Under the pieces are notes generated by a model that saw only the letters and a program-made list of their open reading frames with translations, did no database searches and was not told the origin of the DNA. This document shows, piece after piece, positions 52,051-56,962 of a stretch of 56,962 nucleotides of DNA. Position 1 is the first letter of the stretch. Each line of letters begins with the position of its first letter. Made by a program: the position numbers and the translations under genes. This DNA comes from Octopus bimaculoides (lineage: Eukaryota): positions 3,932,430-3,989,391 of the forward strand of contig NC_069003.1 of the NCBI RefSeq assembly GCF_001194135.2, in the 5' to 3' direction.

Positions 52051-52380
52051 GGTAGTAGTAGTAGTAGTAGTAGTAGTTGTTGTTGTAACAATAATGTTCC
52101 CGATTATAATATTGTCGCCGTCAGTAATTATTAGTGTTGTTGCTGTTGGCCATGTTTGCGGTGATGCTGCTGATAGCAGTGGTTGTATTGGCGATGATGG
52201 TCTTGATGACGGTGGCCACAACGATGACGACGTCGAAGACGATCATGATTGATGACAACGACGAAGATGATGATGATTGATGATCAATGACGATAATGAT
52301 GACGACGGTGTCGATAACGAACATGACGATGGTGGTGATTAAGAGAGTTACGATGACGACGACAATTACTGCGATGATGT
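52030..52380. repeat. Trinucleotide tract (AAT)->(AGT)->(GTT)->(GAT/GAC)
   Basis: Direct. Confidence 0.9.
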
Positions 52381-52732
52381 TAAAAGTTTTATAAAGGTGT
52401 TAACATATCCATGTTTTTGTTTTGTTTTGCAATAAACGTAATTATATTAATTCATGCTCGTATGCGCATGTGCGGGAAGATGTGTATGTATGTGAGTTTC
52501 TAGTGGTGTATGTATTATATATGAGTTCTATTGCCTCTTTAACGTCTCTCTTTCTTTCTCTCACTCGCTCGCTCTTTTTTTACTTTTCATTTTCATCTAT
52601 TATATTCTCATTTTTTTTTTTAATTCCTTCGTTAGGTTTTGGCTAATATGCGATATTTGAGGTGTTGATATTAATTAGTTTATAAATGTTTCTTGAAACT
52701 GTGTGGAACTATAAAGATCTGCCTTTTAATTT

Positions 52733-52781
<49 letters not shown>

Positions 52782-53380
52782 NNNNNNNNNNNNNNNNNNN
52801 NNNNNNNNNNNNNNNNNNNNNNNNNNNNNNNNNNNNNNNNNNNNNNNNNNNNNNNNNNNNNNNNNNNNNNNNNNNNNNNNNNNNNNNNNNNNNNNNNNNN
52901 NNNNNNNNNNNNNNNNNNNNNNNNNNNNNNNNNNNNNNNNNNNNNNNNNNNNNNNNNNNNNNNNNNNNNNNNNNNNNNNNNNNNNNNNNNNNNNNNNNNN
53001 NNNNNNNNNNNNNNNNNNNNNNNNNNNNNNNNNNNNNNNNNNNNNNNNNNNNNNNNNNNNNNNNNNNNNNNNNNNNNNNNNNNNNNNNNNNNNNNNNNNN
53101 NNNNNNNNNNNNNNNNNNNNNNNNNNNNNNNNNNNNNNNNNNNNNNNNNNNNNNNNNNNNNNNNNNNNNNNNNNNNNNNNNNNNNNNNNNNNNNNNNNNN
53201 NNNNNNNNNNNNNNNNNNNNNNNNNNNNNNNNNNNNNNNNNNNNNNNNNNNATTTTTTTTTCCCCTTTTGCACGAAGGCCCATCGGTAATAAATGTTTAA
53301 TATTCCTATGTGGACAGTCAAACAGTGTGTAGGTTACAGTTTAGTGTAACTCGTTTACTATTTATATTTCTTTAAATATT

Positions 53381-53550
53381 TTTTTTTCACTTGTTTCAGT
53401 CTTGAGACTGTGTCCATGCTGGGGCACCGACTTGAAGTTTAGTCGAACGAAATGACCGCAGTAATTGCTTTTTCTAGGCTGGTAATTATTCTATTGCACT
53501 CTCAAGCCGAACCGCTAGTGTTATGAGAACGCAAGCACGTCAACACCGGA
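53381..53550 (-). mobile_element. SINE family A-related 3' half
   Basis: ACTTGTTTCAGTCTTGAGACTGTGTCCATGCTGGGGCACCG..TTTAGTCGAAC..GCCGAACCGCTA is the reverse complement of the family A tail region. Confidence 0.75.
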
Positions 53551-53636
53551 GGAGGGAGGAGGAGGAGGAGGACGATGACGACGATGGCCATCAGGAGGGA
53601 ATAGATGTGCTCAAGCTAAAACAAATTCTTCAATAT

Positions 53637-53685
53637 GCACGCCGGGCACAAATGCTTAGCGGTATTTCATCCGCTGTTACATTTC
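53637..53685 (+). mobile_element. SINE family B fragment
   Basis: GCACGCCGGGCACAAATGCTTAGCGGTATTTCATCCG matches 25175-25210. Confidence 0.7.
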
Positions 53686-53942
53686 GCTTTATTAAGCGAA
53701 ATATGGAGGATAATTCTTATTATTTCAAGAACTCTGACATAGCAGAACAATTTGATGTCAGTCCCAGAACAGCTGTCAGGTATCCCCACAAACCTGGCAA
53801 CTATGTATAATTTCAGATTTAAATAAATTTTAATATTTATAATTGTGTGTATTTACTGCTGTCATGTGTGTCTATATATATGCATATATATATAGACACA
53901 ACATCTCCCGCCATACATACATACATACATACATACATACAT

Positions 53943-53979
<37 letters not shown>

Positions 53980-54776
53980 ACAAACACCTGTATTTCTCTC
54001 TCCCTCTCCATAAATATATTGATTTCTATATATATATATATATANNNNNNNNNNNNNNNNNNNNNNNNNNNNNNNNNNNNNNNNNNNNNNNNNNNNNNNN
54101 NNNNNNNNNNNNNNNNNNNNNNNNNNNNNNNNNNNNNNNNNNNNNNNNNNNNNNNNNNNNNNNNNNNNNNNNNNNNNNNNNNNNNNNNNNNNNNNNNNNN
54201 NNNNNNNNNNNNNNNNNNNNNNNNNNNNNNNNNNNNNNNNNNNNNNNNNNNNNNNNNNNNNNNNNNNNNNNNNNNNNNNNNNNNNNNNNNNNNNNNNNNN
54301 NNNNNNNNNNNNNNNNNNNNNNNNNNNNNNNNNNNNNNNNNNNNNNNNNNNNNNNNNNNNNNNNNNNNNNNNNNNNNNNNNNNNNNNNNNNNNNNNNNNN
54401 NNNNNNNNNNNNNNNNNNNNNNNNNNNNNNNNNNNNNNNNNNNNNNNNNNNNNNNNNNNNNNNNNNNNNNNNNNNNNNNNNNNNNNNNNNNNNNNNNNNN
54501 NNNNNNNNNNNNNNNNNNNNNNNNNNNNNNNNNNNNNNNNNNNNNNNNNNNNNNNNNNNNNNNNNNNNNNNNNNNNNNNNNNNNNNNNNNNNNNNNNNNN
54601 NNNNNNNNNNNNNNNNNNNNNNNNNNNNNNNNNNNNNNNNNNNNNNNNNNNNNNNNNNNNNNNNNNNNNNNNNNNNNNNNNNNNNNNNNNNNNNNNNNNN
54701 NNNNNNNNNNNNNNNNNNNNNNNNNNNNNNNNNNNNNNNNNNNNNNNNNNNNNNNNNNNNNNNNNNNNNNNNNNNN

Positions 54777-55141
54777 CGACTACATAAACAAACGATTCTT
54801 CGTTTTATTTGCTTTTTTTCATTTTAAATTTGCTTTAACCCTAACCCTAACCCTAACTCTAACCCTAACCCTAGGGTTAGGGTTAGGGTTAGAGTTAGGG
54901 TTAATTGTTTCAGAATCGTTTGTTTATGTAGTCGGCGCTTAATGTATATCGGCTGAATGGACGTCAGTGATTGGTTGAAATTACAGAAATACGACAACTT
55001 TAACATGGAATAATTTATGGATTTCTTTTTTTTTAAGAAGACTAAGAGAAAAAGATGTTTTATATGACACATTCTACCAGTGTTCCAAGTTTCAAAGTGT
55101 TTCGTTAATGAAAAATGTGGCCCCCGTTTTAAAAAAGATCC
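54777..55141. mobile_element. Foldback/MITE-like element, copy 2, with central inverted telomeric repeats
   Basis: A perfect 23-bp IR (54777-54799 / 54912-54934) surrounds (TAACCC)6-TA-(GGGTTA)5. The right arm is homologous to the reverse complement of 24418-24620. Confidence 0.85.
54836..54903. repeat. Interstitial inverted telomeric repeat (TAACCC)6 TA (GGGTTA)5
   Basis: Direct. Each arm has one variant unit (TAACTC / GAGTTA). Confidence 0.95.
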
Positions 55142-55189
55142 CATATATATATATATATGTGTGTGTGTATATATATAAATGTGTGTGTG

Positions 55190-55335
55190 TGTGTGACCGC
55201 GTGTGTATCGTTGGCGATTTTCTTTCTCTGTCTTCCCTTCTTTGGACTTTTTCTATATTTCTGATGAAGAGTTCCGCTCGAAACGTTAAATCCTCTCTTT
55301 CTTTTCTTTTCTTTTCTTTCCTGAGCGTCCAGTAA
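55190..55335 (+). mobile_element. Penelope-like terminal-repeat fragment
   Basis: CGTTGGCG..CT-rich..CTGATGAAGAGTTCCGCTCGAAACGTTAAATCCTCTC..CCTGAGCG, collinear with the minus-strand units at 4828-5030. Confidence 0.65.
55257..55291 (+). ncRNA. Minimal hammerhead-ribozyme-like motif
   Basis: ATTT-CTGATGA-A-GAGT/TCC/GCTC-GAAA-CGTT-AAAT: canonical core boxes, 4-bp stem II, 4-bp stem I and palindromic AACGTT in place of stem III. The putative cleavage triplet is GUU, which is suboptimal. Confidence 0.6.
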
Positions 55336-56962
55336 CACACACACACACATATATATAAGTGAGAGAGAGAGGGGGGAGATACACAGTGAAAGTAAAAGAT
55401 ATCACACTCATAAATTCTTGTTCAAAAACAAACAAGGAAATGTTTTGCAAATCGTATCATTAACATAAAAAAATATATTTACATTTCTACCAGAATATTC
55501 TAAAAATCAGAGCGTGCGTGCGTGTGTGAAATCTATAATTTCCGCCAACTTTATTTATATAAAGTTCAGAATTTTTATAGGATTTCATGTGGGCTACGGG
55601 TGAGCAATCGGATTCTTCGACAGTGAGTGGTGAGTTGGTCATTGGATGAGACGTTTAGAATTTTCTTTCCATATGACGTAGGGGTATGTTCAGGGCAAAC
55701 CTCAAATTCAGACCCTACCACTATAATTAATATCGTGGTGGTATCTGATTTCATTGGTCTTTTAAAGTGCTTCCCTTTTTATTTACTTAAAAATTAGTTA
55801 GTATTGCTTGATATAAACATAATTACAATTTGGGCAAAATACAAAATAAATATTAACCACACGTTTTTAGCAATTAATTCTAACACAAACATTACGTTGT
55901 TGTATCCTTCGACCATTATAGATCCGGTTATGTAGTAAGCCCGTCCCCTTAGTGACCTAAACACGTACTTAAGATTGTTTAAAAATTAATCTTGGCCTTG
56001 TTTAAAAACAAATCCTGACTTTGGTTAAAGGTTAATCCGAACATATGTTGAAGATTAAAGTTGTCTTCCAGCAGTGTGCACTCCAAGCTTTTAAGGACGT
56101 GTAATGCGTTACTGTGTTTATTTGCAACATATTTGCCTTGAGATGGTTATATGGCTGCGATTTCAGACATAAATCTCTTATCAGAATATGTAGTAGTACT
56201 ACTACGGATGATAACTTTGCAGAAACAGATATTTACGAGAAAGACAAAAATGTAAATTGTACCATAGACAAGGAGAGATATATAGAGAGTGACAGCAATG
56301 AGGAGTTGAAGAGGTGAAAACACTTAGATTTAAAAGATCTATTTATAAATATGATTGATAAATGGGGATATAAGGTGGGCTGTATTCTGTCGATAATTAT
56401 TCGTTCAATTTCAGTATGGATTCGATGTTATTGTCTGTTTGATTGGTTAATAACTACCACCAGAGAAAACAAATATATATATATATAAGTATTGAGTGTA
56501 CACAAATAAATAGAAAATAAATAGACACGTGCATAAGTATACAAACAGGCATCGGTTTACAGAGCAGACGTATATGTGTTCGTACGTATTCTGGGTCTAA
56601 GATATTTGTAATACATACGCACACATACGCTGGTATGTATAGGAAGTATATATGTACATACGTTCATATGTTCGTGTGTGTGCGTGTGTATATATATGTA
56701 TATATGTGTGTGGGGCAATATATATATATATATATATGTGTGTGTCTGTGTGTGTGTGTAAATGTATATATATGTGTCTGTGTGTGTATATATATGTACG
56801 CATAGTTAGGTATATCTTTATATGCATATATTATGTATTTATATTTAACGCAAGCAGATATATGTATATGCACGCACACATATCATATATATATTTACTT
56901 AGTTCATATTATGTATTTGTATGTATGTATGGGTGTATGAATGTATGTCTATATATATATAT

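Noticed and set aside
54836-54903. Telomere-telomere fusion scar
   Set aside because: A fusion gives (TTAGGG)n then (CCCTAA)n. Here the order is reversed, the array is short and it sits within repeated element arms.
24418-55141. One giant 30.7-kb transposon bounded by the two inward-facing 37-bp ends
   Set aside because: The flanks (CAGTCCAA vs CATATATA) show no target-site duplication, and copy 2 has its own left-arm sequence at 54777-54835. Two independent foldback copies with partner arms hidden in gaps is simpler. Gap closure would settle it.

Overview
AT-rich, microsatellite-saturated eukaryotic (animal) DNA with 17 assembly gaps (about 5.4 kb of N). The SINE families, TTAGGG repeats and extreme simple-repeat density point to a cephalopod, most likely Octopus; this is inferred from recognition, not from a database search. 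I find no convincing intact host protein-coding gene, rRNA, true tRNA or CRISPR array. Nearly all ORF-track entries are microsatellite, low-complexity or N-run artefacts. The window looks like intronic or intergenic DNA containing: about 19 copies or fragments of three tRNA-derived SINE families (labelled A, B, C here); a decayed Tc1/mariner transposase (17.9-18.35 kb); a stack of (AAT)n-associated R4/Dong-type non-LTR retrotransposon pieces (51.0-52.05 kb); a 170-bp MITE (27.6-27.8 kb); two copies of a foldback element, one with a central inverted (TAACCC)n/(GGGTTA)n telomeric core (24.4 kb and 54.8-55.1 kb); and Penelope-like repeats with minimal hammerhead-ribozyme motifs (4.8-5.0 kb and 55.2-55.3 kb). 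The best leads are the telomeric-core foldback element, the hammerhead motifs, the Dong stack and a 62-nt near-perfect hairpin at 25441-25502.
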